From positions 63,488,001-63,552,000 of the forward strand of contig OX597819.1 in the NCBI GenBank assembly GCA_951406725.2: a DNA stretch of 64,000 bases, given 5' to 3'. Both the position numbers and the translations under genes were made by a program. Positions 1-13,748 of the stretch are shown here, one piece after another (the stretch's first letter is position 1; each line of letters opens with the position of its first letter). Under the pieces are notes generated by a model. The model saw only the letters and a list, made by a program, of their open reading frames with translations. It searched no databases and was not told where the DNA came from. Source of the stretch: Octopus vulgaris. Its lineage: Eukaryota.

Positions 1-1277
1 AGTAACCCAAGCTCATTTGTCCTAATCGCTTCTGTTTGTCTTGTAATTAAAACTGTATCTCATTTACAAAAGACTAAAGTAAATTATTCCGCATTTTTCT
101 CCGCTCCGGAAAAGGTGTACATTTGGACATACTCCCTTCATCTGAACATTGCAGAACATAACAATAACATTTATCAGGAGAGGGAGTTAGGCGAATTCAT
201 TGGCTTTACCATTTTTCTTTCACCAATTCTTAACAAAAACATCGCCCGCCAATATTATTCCGTAATTTACAATATATTTGCTTCTGTGTATTTTCTTAAA
301 TTTTTATTGACTATTTCTTATTTATCATGTTTTTATTTCTCATTACTCCTTTATTTTATTGTTCAACAGTTTCATTCATTTATGTTTTTAACATTGATAA
401 TAAAATTTGACTTTATTTTAGTAAGAATCTGTTCCTTCTATTTTATTGCATTTATTTATCTCCTTGCAATTTATTCATTCTTTCATTCCAATCTTTATTA
501 TAAAACATTCCTTTATTCTTATATAACTTTATGTGGTTAATTTAATTACATATTTACGTCTATCCTTTGAACTCAGCGAAATATATTACAATGAACAAAT
601 ATTTCATTTATAATTTTCGCAAAAGCTTCTCACTGTTAAAAATATGGTTGGAGTGAACGCATGTCCAATAACACCCACGTCTTCTATAGAGATTGCACTT
701 CTTAATTAAATAACAGTAGCAATGATTGCTGAATAATCTACTGGATTACGAAGGCAGAATCTACGCAAATGGTAGAATTTGAAACAGTAACCCCTCGACA
801 TATCACGGTGTATCTATCGCAGTTCACCTATAGCTGATTATTATTTAAGCTTATGTCGATCCTTCGGTGGTGTTGTTTTGCATTCATAATAAAATAAATA
901 TATACAGATTATAAAAATAATTAAAAAAACAGTATTGTTTTTCCTTCGCGCGTTTTCACGTATCATGTGAGGTTTTGGAACGCAATACCGGCGTGAGTCG
1001 AGGGATTGCTGTACCTCAAACTCGTAAAATATCAGAACACATCAATGATTTCCACTGCATTTGATGGGCTCCGTCTGCGACTGTTGTTCCAAGATGTCCC
1101 TATTCATGAAATAGATTATATTGATTGAGGAGTGGAAAAAAGTTCTTGCACATTTCATGGAGAACAGACATCCCGATAGTGTACCAGTTGTTTGAAAAAC
1201 CAGAAACTGAACAACCATTTCTATAGCCATTTCTTCTTTTCCTCACTTTCCCTCTATCTGTATACCTGTGTGTGTGT

Positions 1278-1313
<36 letters not shown>

Positions 1314-3376
1314 AAAAGAAAGTAACAGGGACAAACGAACATGCGTGTATGTGTGTGTATTTCAGTTTGCATACATTGTGTACGACTGTATAATCTCCCG
1401 TTATATTGTTTCCTGTCTAGTTATTTCCATCACATGACCACTGGTGATGTCATACACGCACATATTCACACCCCAATGAACATACTCTCCACACACACAT
1501 ACACCCACCCCCTCGCACTCACACTCGTGTATACATGCTGTAATCCTCGTGGTTATAGATCATAGAGGAAACATTACCCTCTAGATTGATTGAAGTTCGG
1601 GCGGGTCTCGAAATTTTATATTTAGATCAAAGAGTAAAGGTGTACAGAATATACATATTTAAAATTTTTAGTTTTTCCTCTACATTTATAAAGATCTTAA
1701 CATTTCTAGTCATTGGGAGGTATGTATATCGTTAATTCATTCTTTTGATCCTATCATGTGCTGCTATTAATGTTAGTCATAACTGCTCCATCTTTTGCTG
1801 AAATGTATCTAATTATATACACACACACGCACGCACACACACACACATAATCATCCCCCTACACACTCATACACACATATATCTCTCTATATATATATAT
1901 GTATATACACAGACTCATACACACGCACCCACACACATATACTTATATGCACTTATATGTATGTTTATATATAGATAGATAAAACTTACTTGGATATGGA
2001 TGCGTGGCGTTCGATCATATAATAATATATTAACATAAATATATGCATATACACATACATATATGTACATACCTACATATATATGTATATATGCATGCAT
2101 ATATGGGTGCAGGACATAAAACAACGTAGACACAATGAGAAACGAGAACATAAAAACGAAAACATAGAAAACGAACTTTTTTTCAAACAACGAAAGAAAC
2201 AAACACACAGAGAAACGAGACAGGCAACATAAAGAACATTCCCTTCATTTGTTGTTCCCTGTGTTATCTACTCCTCGTAAAGAAGGTAAGGACAAGACGC
2301 GACCTCGTTAAAACAATCCTTCCCGCAAAGCAAATTAAATAAAATTTGGGATGTTTTGCGGAGGATGGAAGTGGTAACAAAAGCAGGACACACGCATACA
2401 CACGCACTTACACTCACACACACACCCACACACACACACACGCACGCACACATCACAAACACACACACACGCGTGCGCACACACACACCTTTTACTCCGG
2501 CTATTTTCTGGCGTTGTCTTGAAGAACTTTTAGCCGAATGAGATGTAATGAGATCACTTGGTGAAACCAAAGTAGATTCTACTTGTGGCTAGGTAAGGAA
2601 TTGTTGATTTGATCCTCTGACCTGTTGCTATTCGGTCAGATGGTGCTCTGCATCCATTGACCCCTGCACCTAGTATTTACATGTGCCTGTGAAGGATACA
2701 TCATGGTTACTTGCGTTCTTCGATTTCTACTCAATTTATTTACCCGTTCTGTAATATCATTGTGAAGCTGATTTTTCAGCGATATTATTGTAAATATAGA
2801 GAAATGGAAACATCTTTGCTAAAACAACACAAATGCGTTGATTTGACAAAGTCATCATTTTTATGGAACATAAATGGACGAAACTTGAATTTTCATCTTT
2901 GCTTTAATTTTTCAGTTTCACCTCTCTGCACACCATGATGAAATTAAAAATACATATCTATATACGCAAAGAAAAAATCACAAACGCACACGCATACACG
3001 TACACACAGGTACACTCAAGTACACACACACACACACACACACACAACTCATGCACTTACGTATACAAAATTATTGTTTCTTTTATTCTTTTATTCGTTT
3101 CAGTCATTTGTCTGCGGCCATGCTAGAGCAGCGCCATCAGTCGAAGAAATCGACCACAGAAGCCTAGTACTTATTCTATCGGTTTCTTTTGCCGAACAGC
3201 TAAGTTACGGGGACGTAACCACACAAATATCGGTTCTCAAACGAGGGTGGGAGACAGAGACACACGAACACACACACAACCATAATACATATATATATAG
3301 ATATATATTGATAGAAATGTTAAGACAACAAAAGAATGAAAGAGACCTCGATATTATGTAAATAGAGGAATTTATC

Positions 3377-3826
3377 TGTAAATGTAATATGTGACAATTA
3401 TTCGGTAGCCATGATAAAGCTCCGAGTTTCGGATGTCGGTGTCGAAATCCACGCCACCATTTCTTTGGTTATCCGGCCATCAAAAAAAAAAAAAATGATA
3501 TTCAAATGACCGTTAAAAATAGGGAAATTACTGTGTTATTGATCGCTATTATGACAAAAGAGCTATTTGAATTACCGATAAGTGAGGGGAGGGCGTAAAG
3601 TTAAGGCGGTGCTTTTACTCACTCCCCTTACTTAACGGTCATTCAAATAGCTCTTTTGTCTTAATAACGGTCAATCACACAATAACTTCCTTTTTTTAAC
3701 TGTCATTTGCATAGCATTTTTTTCTGATGACCGGATAACTGAAGCAATAGCGGCGGGGATTTCCACTGCGACATCCGAAACTCGGAGTTTTATCATGGCT
3801 ACCGAATATTTGTCACATATTACATT

Positions 3827-3830
<4 letters not shown>
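3377..3830. repeat. Diverged inverted repeat (arms 3377-3590 and 3623-3830) carrying a degenerate HHR (3734-3794)
   Basis: The arms are reverse complements. Motif: gataa-CTGAAG(C)..-GAAA-ctcggag-TT-ttatc. Flanked by (TA)n. Confidence 0.65.
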
Positions 3831-3864
<34 letters not shown>

Positions 3865-3954
3865 AAGTGACATATATATTTATGAATATGTGTGTGTATA
3901 TCTATCTATCTAGAAATATATATATGTCGAGATAAATAGTTATATGACAACGTG

Positions 3955-4285
<331 letters not shown>

Positions 4286-5018
4286 ATGTATGTGTGCGTG
4301 TGTGCATGTGCGTATACACATACATATGCATACATATGCATGCACATTCAACTCCTCCCCACTCCATGTATATATTCTACAAGTGGATCAGTGTTTAGCC
4401 TTCTAGCGCACCGAAATTATGGACCTAAAAGACAGGAGAATATTTCTCTGTTGATAAACAGAATACAAGTGTGGGATTATTTTAGTTGTTATTCAATATT
4501 TTTTTTTTTATAATTGAATTTAATTTTAATTTTGTCCTATTTTGTTTTATTTTATTTTTTTCAACCCTAATGAAATTCTACTAACGTTTTATGCGAAATT
4601 ACTAATCGATTAGTTTTAATTAATATTTAGATTAAAATAAATGCAAAAAAGAGATAAATAGAAAAAAAAATGCATATTGCCAACGTCAGCAAGAACAACT
4701 GCAATATGAGGGAAACAATGGTCCCACCCTTCCCAGGAATGACATGAACAAATTAATTACGAAGCAGAAGACGAATAAACAGAAAGAAATGAATAATAAA
4801 AAATGGAAAAAATATTTACAAATAATTACAATTGAACGGGTTAACGATGATTTGTTTCTTAAATTTTAATTTAGAATATCTTTAATTAGTTACGTTGGGA
4901 GACAAATATTTCAACATTGGCTGCAAACACTACATTATTTAAGGATGTATATACACATATACGTACAATTTCGCACCCACACACTTGTACACACAAATAC
5001 ATATATACATAATATACA

Positions 5019-5052
<34 letters not shown>

Positions 5053-5097
5053 TATATACATACATATATATGGCTACAAAGATATATGTTAAATATG

Positions 5098-5176
<79 letters not shown>

Positions 5177-5309
5177 TACATATACATATATATGTACTTT
5201 TGTCTCGGTATATAAATATATGCATACATACATTCACACAAACAAATATGTATATCTACATTCATATACATAAACACAAACTCCTACAAATGTAGGGAAA
5301 AATTTTTTG

Positions 5310-5357
<48 letters not shown>

Positions 5358-6549
5358 TATATATATAAATGCAACAAAAACGTAATAGAGGGCATTAAAG
5401 CGTTCGGACAGATAGACGATACAGGGGCGGAAAGAGATACAACAATTAGAAGGACAGACAAAAGAAGACAGGTCATTCTTGCCTTATTTTCATCGGTCAA
5501 GTACCAGAAGTCATACCTATTTCGGACAGTTACACTTGAGATAGTATGATCTGATTGAGCCCGAAAATATATAAGCTAAGAGCATTAGACCCTTTGGTAA
5601 GAATGCTAGCGAATGTGTACGGCAACAAAGACAGAAAAAATAAGCGGAGAACATGGTACACAATCACGAATACAAGCAACGAGAAATAACAACAGGCATC
5701 TTTCAACTGAGAACGAATATATTTACATACACACACACACACACATATATATATAGTGAAATTCAAATATACATTCAATTCAAATGAATGAATAATAAAA
5801 TTGACAACAAGTGGACGTGCACAAGGAATGTATTATTCTGACTCTCGGTGAAAATCAGAGAGTTTTTAAAGTTTGGAGAATAACACTTCGTTGTAAAGGA
5901 GGAAGTCAACTGTTCAAAGAAGGAAAAGAAATCGCCAAAACCACGTATGTGATTACACAGGCTGGTGGCGTTTCCCTGTCATTCTTCGAACACTGGGTCT
6001 ATCCTTTCCAACGAAGATCTATTCTCGAAACGTCAAAAAATCTGCTTTTCACTGAGCGTCAGGTTAATATATTCCTTGTGAACATCTTGTTAAATTTATT
6101 ATTCGATTATTTGAATTGATTGTTTATTTCAATTAATTGTTTATTTGAATTTATTATTTATCGCATGTTCACACGGGCGCTCGACGCCCTTCTAAATTAG
6201 TCATGGATTTTTTTACTCTACCTTTGGATTACGTTTCCATTAAATCCCATTGGAGTTCGTCGTTGCAACACCTTTGATTTTATTATACGACCCCTAAGAC
6301 TCCACCTGAGTGTTTTTCATTGTATAGGAATATCGTCTTTTCAATATTGAAGAACCCAATGATTCTACAGACTGCCTATTTTCGGCAGACTTATGTTCTC
6401 ACCAATAATTCACACATTGGAGTGGAAACTGATTACATAATCCAGTACATATAACTCACCGAGTCTATGAGAGTGATTAGAATATTAATTTGAGTCCAAA
6501 ATAAAACAGTCAGCGTGAAGATGAATTGTTTCTCTTGAACCACAAAATC

Positions 6550-6830
6550 CAAACCACATAGATGCAGTCAGCCACTGATGTGCCCTATTTGTCTCCACTG
6601 TAGGATAACTGGGCTTTAGAATATTTGCCATGTAATGCCTTACTTTTCCATCAGTTATGCAGTTCTGTGATTCCATTTCATTTGGCTCGTGTTTCATTTA
6701 TTTTGCTTCGTCTTTGGTTTCTTCCGTTCCACCTGGTTGCGGGTCAGTCATGTGGATCATTAATTCCTTCACATATTCCTTTGCTTCTCTGATACTGAGA
6801 ACCTTCCTTTGCAGAGAGAACTTGCATACA
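6550..6830 (-). mobile_element. R4/Dong-like LINE fragment (post-RT region)
   Basis: WKSKALHGKY ... AHQWL motif across a frameshift. Confidence 0.45.
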
Positions 6831-7090
6831 GTACGGACAGTAGTAGCGCGGAAGCAAAATTGATTACTGTGAAAGAATAATTGTTATTGTAAGTATTATA
6901 ATTCATATATTTCCCGAACATTCTTCATAAGTGTTTATCCATCCATCCATCCATCCACCCATCCATCCATAATCCATCCATCAGTCCACGTGTATCACAT
7001 ATATATGCATAAACACAAATAAATATGAATGTATATAATGTATACCTATATATATATATATTTATATATATATATACATATATATATATG

Positions 7091-7152
<62 letters not shown>

Positions 7153-7863
7153 ATGTACAGACACACACACATACACACACGCGAACACAACACATACACG
7201 AACACACACACGTATATGACGTTAAGCTAACACTAAACGGAACCTGCTTATAAACTGAGGATAAAATTTTTATGTAGCAAACATATAAGATACACAGACA
7301 GTCACACACACGCATACCCACACACACACAATCGTGCAAATCCAAGAAAATGCAAGAATGAAAGGGAAAAATTGCGCGAAGAAACAAGAAAAGAAAAGAA
7401 ACAAACATAGATCGATAGGAGGAACCAAGAACATAAGCGCTAAAGATTCGTAAACAATATTAATCAACATGCAAATAAATCTAAAATTTCAAGGAAACAA
7501 AATATAAAAAAATGCTTTAAAACATTACGTCAAGGATTTGGGTATTGGAATCCCACATCCGGACTATAGAATATAGCAAGTTTGTACAATGTGCCACATT
7601 AGATTAACTTGCATCAGCGCTTTATCGAAAGGGACAGACATGGATAAAAGGGAGAATGCAAACCCTTACGTGAAATTTGTTTCTGCAGCAAATTGCTTAA
7701 TCTTTACACTTTGCATGCGTTGATATCTTTGCTTTTCAACGTCTATATTTCTTTTCTCTCAATACAGGTTTGTCTCTACACATACATAGATATATACATT
7801 CATACGTATATGTATAAATACAGATACATGCAAATATATATGCATGTATACACACACACACAC

Positions 7864-7903
<40 letters not shown>

Positions 7904-7989
7904 ATATGATATATACTTATAAATATATGTATATATATATATATATATACGTATAAATGTATGTATGTATGTATATATATATATATATA

Positions 7990-8037
<48 letters not shown>

Positions 8038-8130
8038 TGTATATGTATATGTATATGCATATATATGTATATATATTTACAGAAGCAGAGAAAGAGGGAG
8101 GGAGACAAAGAATGAGAGACAGATAGACAG

Positions 8131-8189
<59 letters not shown>

Positions 8190-8744
8190 TCATGAGGGAA
8201 AGAGTGGAGAGGTGTTTCAAGCACAGAAATGTGCCAATGCAGCAGCCGAAAATGTTTCTTTCATCAATATATGAAAGTTTCTCTTTTTTATTTATTTCAA
8301 ATCGTCGATCAGCTGGAGTGGGTATCAGAGGTTCCTTTTTTTTAAAGAAATGGATGTACGTATTTCAAAACTTTCCCTACAATATACCAGATACAGCTTG
8401 CTTGCAGATCACTTTTGCCATCTTCCCTTGCGTAGGGCCGACAAGAGCGAACATGAATTAGAATTGTGCACGTACATCTTAAATAAATAAATTATCATAA
8501 ACCCACACACATATATATATATGGAATCTTACATGTATACCATTTTGCCTAAAAATGGATCTACAAATTCAATATCCCTACATATCTCACATATATTTTC
8601 CTCCACCTTACTCTCTATTTTGCATCCTATCTAAATTTACTGTTACTTTACTATTCTCTCACACCGTCTCCGAAGAGATATAATAAATATCATGGAAACA
8701 GCTGTAAGATCTGGTTTTTTATCTCATTACGAAAAAAATGGTTT

Positions 8745-8775
<31 letters not shown>

Positions 8776-8867
8776 TTATGTATATATATGCATGTTTATA
8801 TATATATATATATGTATGTATATATATATATATATAATGTGAAATATATTTGTCATCTAAATGTGGG

Positions 8868-9101
8868 TAACCACTAAAGGTGGATGTTACTCTAGCTTGT
8901 ACCCCCAGGAGAAATCTCCTGCTGGCTATTTGCACACTTTCTGTGCCCTATCGGTATTTGCGAAAGGAAACCATCCTGCCCATCGTCGACCTGACGTGAT
9001 ACGCACGGACCCCGGTTTCTGAGTATTTACCCGTCATCAGCACACGACAATCACCGGTCCTCGATCCGAAGACCGGTGATTGCCGTGCGCTGATGACGAG
9101 T
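8868..9101 (-). mobile_element. Diverged relative of the 352-bp retrozyme unit, with an HHR at 8996-9054 (-) and a short inverted piece at 9071-9101
   Basis: Colinear similarity to 37265-37450. The minus strand reads gtgat-tgt-cgtgtg-CTGATGA-cgggtaaatactca-GAAA-ccgggg-TC-cgtgcg-t-atcac. Confidence 0.75.
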
Positions 9102-9126
9102 ATATGTATGTATATATATATATATT

Positions 9127-9187
<61 letters not shown>

Positions 9188-9399
9188 TATATAGAGGGCA
9201 CTATTACGCACTATTTTCAGCTGTCTCTCTTTTCCTCGACAAAGACATTCTTTTGGTTGACCTTGACACTGGGGACAAATTTGACGCCATCTTTCTATGC
9301 ATGGTAACTTACGGATACAGAAATACACGGGCATAGAAGATTGTAAACAATGAAAGTTGCTGTCATAAATTCTTCAGTCCCAGAAATCGTTATGGTTCT

Positions 9400-10771
9400 G
9401 TGAGGAAATTGAAGAATAATACGATATTTTGAAGCTAAAAATATATCGGAAGTTATGGCATTCATGTATTTTCCCTAGGAACCCCAAAAAACAATGCAAC
9501 TGAAATGAAATAGAAACGACTGAAATGTAAATATTCATCAACGGCGTATTGTAAACATAAGGGCGTAAATAGATGGATAAACAGACAGGTAAACAGATAG
9601 CTAGAAAGGAAGACATTTAGATATAGATAGGCAGATAGATATAGATAGATAGCTTAGAAAGATAAATAGATAGATAGAAAGATAGATAGATCAATAGATC
9701 AATAGATAGATAGACAGATAGATAGAGAGACAGACAGACAAATAGATATAGATAAATAGATATACAAAAGTATAGATAGAAAAATATAGATTTAGATAGA
9801 TATAGTTTAATAGGCCATAACGATGCAGATATACTATTAATTATCTAAGCATAACTATAAGAAAGCAGAACTATAACAAAGAAAGACAACAGAAATCCTT
9901 AGAAAAATATTTCTATAAAGAACGTCAAGAGTGAAAACAATACCATTTATTTAAAAAACATGAATGAATGAAGACCATATTATTATTGTATTGTGAGGGC
10001 GCGTGGCTTAGTGGTTAGGGCATTCGGCTCATGATCTTAAGGTTGTGAGTTCGATTCCCGGCGACGCGTTGTGTCCTTGAGCAAGACACTTTATTTCACG
10101 TTGCTCCAGTCCACTCAGCTGGCAAAAATGAGTTGTACTTGTATTTCAAAGGGTCAGCCTTGCCACTCTCTGTGTCACGCTGATTATCCCCGAGAACTAC
10201 GTTAAGGGTACACGTGTCTGTGGAATGCTCAGCCATTTGCACGTTAATTTCACGAGCAAGCTGTTCCGTTGATCGTATCAGCTGGGACCCTCGTCGTCGT
10301 AACCGGCGGAGTCTTTAAGAGATTATTGTATTATAGTTGGAATTATTCATGTATCCGATAGATATAGATAGATAGAGAGAGAGAACGATATTAACAGAGA
10401 TCCTTTGAAGAAAGTCAACAGAAGTCCTTAGAATAATATTTATAATAGAATAATAATTAGAATAATAGTTTTTATGAAGAATGTGAAGAGTAAAAATATA
10501 TAGGAAGTTGTGACGTTCATGTATTTCCCCAGGAACGAAAGAGAAAAAGATCAAAGTGACTGAAATTAAATAGAAACGGGAGATATGCAAATATTCATCA
10601 ACGGCGTATTGTATACATAACGGCGTAGATAGATGGACAGCCAGACATACAACCAGATAGCTAGCTAGATAGATAGATAGAAAGATAGATAGATATAGAC
10701 AGAGAGCTTGGATAGATAGATGAGAGAGAGAGAAAGAGAGAAGATAGGAAGACAGATAGATGTAGATAGCT

Positions 10772-10802
<31 letters not shown>

Positions 10803-10804
10803 CT

Positions 10805-10870
<66 letters not shown>

Positions 10871-10939
10871 AATAGATAGATCGATAGATAGATAGATAGA
10901 TATATTTAGATGAATATAAATATATATCGATATAGATAA

Positions 10940-10975
<36 letters not shown>

Positions 10976-10983
10976 TCAGACAA

Positions 10984-11038
<55 letters not shown>

Positions 11039-11050
11039 AATAGATAGATC

Positions 11051-11087
<37 letters not shown>

Positions 11088-11370
11088 TAACACAAATCCT
11101 TAGAAGAAAGATAACAGAAATCCTTACAAGCATGTTTCTATGAGGAAAGTGAAGATTGAAAATATATAGGAAGCTGTGACATTCATGTATTTTCCCCAGG
11201 AACCCCCCAAAAAACCAACAACAAACAATGCGTCAGAAATTAAATAGAAGCAGTTACAATGCAAATATTCATCAACTGCGTATTGTATACATACATGTGT
11301 GTGAGGAATCAAAAAAATAATGCGACAGAAATGAAAATGAAGTGGTTAAAATGCAAATATTCATCAACAT
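9400..11370 (+). repeat. Degenerate tandem module of about 180 bp in three copies (about 9440, 10495, 11161), separated by (GATA/GACA)n
   Basis: Recurring ggaagtt..ttcatgtattt..ccaggaac..aaatattcatcaac..cgtattgta. Confidence 0.75.
9995..10313 (+). mobile_element. Full-length tRNA-derived SINE (family B) with TSD attattgtatt. Related - strand copies at 19868-20140, 42985-43270 and 49612-49696
   Basis: A box tggcttagtgg, B box gttcgattccc, then gtgtccttgagcaagacactt. TSD at 9982-9992 and 10322-10332. Confidence 0.85.
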
Positions 11371-11518
11371 GTGCGTGTGTTACAACGTCAGACAAACACG
11401 TGCATATCTAGCTAGCTCCAGTTGCTACGTCAGTACCGGAGGTTGACATGGGAAACGCTTTTTAAAGAATTGAATCATATATATAAAGCAATGTTATTAA
11501 TTTTTATGAAAATAAATA

Positions 11519-12022
<504 letters not shown>

Positions 12023-12124
12023 TAAAATAAAATGAAGACACTACTATGTATCCGAGGTAAAATTATTCATGCATTGCGAGTAATGAAGCAAATCGCACAC
12101 TCGTTTGCACACACACACACACAC

Positions 12125-12167
<43 letters not shown>

Positions 12168-13570
12168 CACGCACGCACGCAGGCACACAGAGGTCTATAT
12201 ATTATATGATAAAAAGACGGAGCCTGAGATTAAATGAATGTCAATGAATATTTTGATAACTATGACTCAAAAACGGTGTACCATCATGATACATGACGTT
12301 TCTCCTCAGATTCCTTAAATTTTTGTAATCGAAGGGAATGATACCATGAGTGCCACGACTGCGAGACCATCAAAGTGGAAACATAATCTAATTGCCACTA
12401 TTTATGAAATATTTGAAAAGGAGCTTTTCATCCGAAATATCAGGACTAATTAAAATATATATATATCAAAGGTAACATTTTAAAATCTTTGTTATGGTTA
12501 TGCTTCGATAATTAATGGTCTATCTGCATCGTTATGGCCTATTAAGCTATAACGATTTCCAGCGTATACACGCGACACCCGCACACAGCACACTCAAATT
12601 GTGTATACGTGTGTGCATATGCACGCATATATACATGATCACAATCACACATATGTGTATCTAAACATCCATACGCATATACATACATATATATCTATAT
12701 ATGTTTATATACACACATATATATATGTATGTATGCATATATGTAAATATATATAAATTTATATACATATAAAAATATATGTATGTGTATTTGTGTGTAT
12801 ATATATACATATATATATATATGCATACATGCAGTGTTATATGCGTATCTGTGTATCTCTGTGTGTGTTTATTTGTATTTGCATTTACACAGAGACAGAA
12901 ATATACCTGCTAACAAGCTTTCACGTTTAAATAGCAATATAGACAATTAGATAGGCAGGGAGATAAAAGATAGAAACTGGCGGGCAGTTATTATATTACA
13001 ATGTAATTAGAACAACTGCACATGTAATTAATTACTTAATAACATGAATGCTGGACAATGAATCCGGTCATCATATTTCCTGCATAGATCTTCATTAGCA
13101 TGCTGAAACGATTCCAAATTTTCAGCCGAGTCATACATATACTGCAGACGGTATGAGCAAAAGCAAATGCAAACAATTGTTAATAAAGATGATAAGAAAT
13201 CAAAATACTAAATAAGATAGGTTCATATATGATTTCCTAACATTTTGCCTCAAGAGGACGAGTAAAATTTGTATATATAGGAATCAATTAGTGGCGTAAT
13301 TTTTCACCGTTTAGTACACTTGTAATAGGCATTGGGATACATGCTTTTGTTTTATTTAATGGTTCTGGATAAAGGCCTCTTCTATTAAAATTTCAACCTG
13401 CGTGTGTAAGTGTATGTGCAAAAACACATTACGCGTATGCGTGCACACACACACGTACACACTCACAGAAAAACAGAATCACCCCCACACACGCACATAC
13501 GTATATATACGCTGATCGAGCAATCTTAAGACCAGTGGAAAAGCTATATGAATATACATATATACGTATG

Positions 13571-13748
13571 TAAAATCAAAATAAGCAACAAGGTGATGCA
13601 GTACGATCGTTGCTTGAAACGATCGTACTGCATTACCTCTGGATATCCTTGTTGCTTATTTTGATTTTAACCACCTTATTTTGAAATTGTATGGATAATA
13701 CCGTACCAAATTCTGGTGCCTCAAATTAAGTACCATTTTCATCTGAAT
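13571..13748. mobile_element. Short copy of the same family: small inverted piece plus the 3' half of the HHR
   Basis: aaaatcaaaataagcaacaagg..tgcagtacgatcgtt / gaaacgatcgtactgca..ccttgttgcttattttgatttt. Confidence 0.7.

Noticed and set aside
115-540. 141-aa hydrophobic ORF
   Set aside because: GTG start, T-rich low-complexity sequence and no recognisable motif.
9995-10070. tRNA gene
   Set aside because: The A and B boxes continue into a SINE body with a TSD, and there is no proper acceptor stem or terminator.
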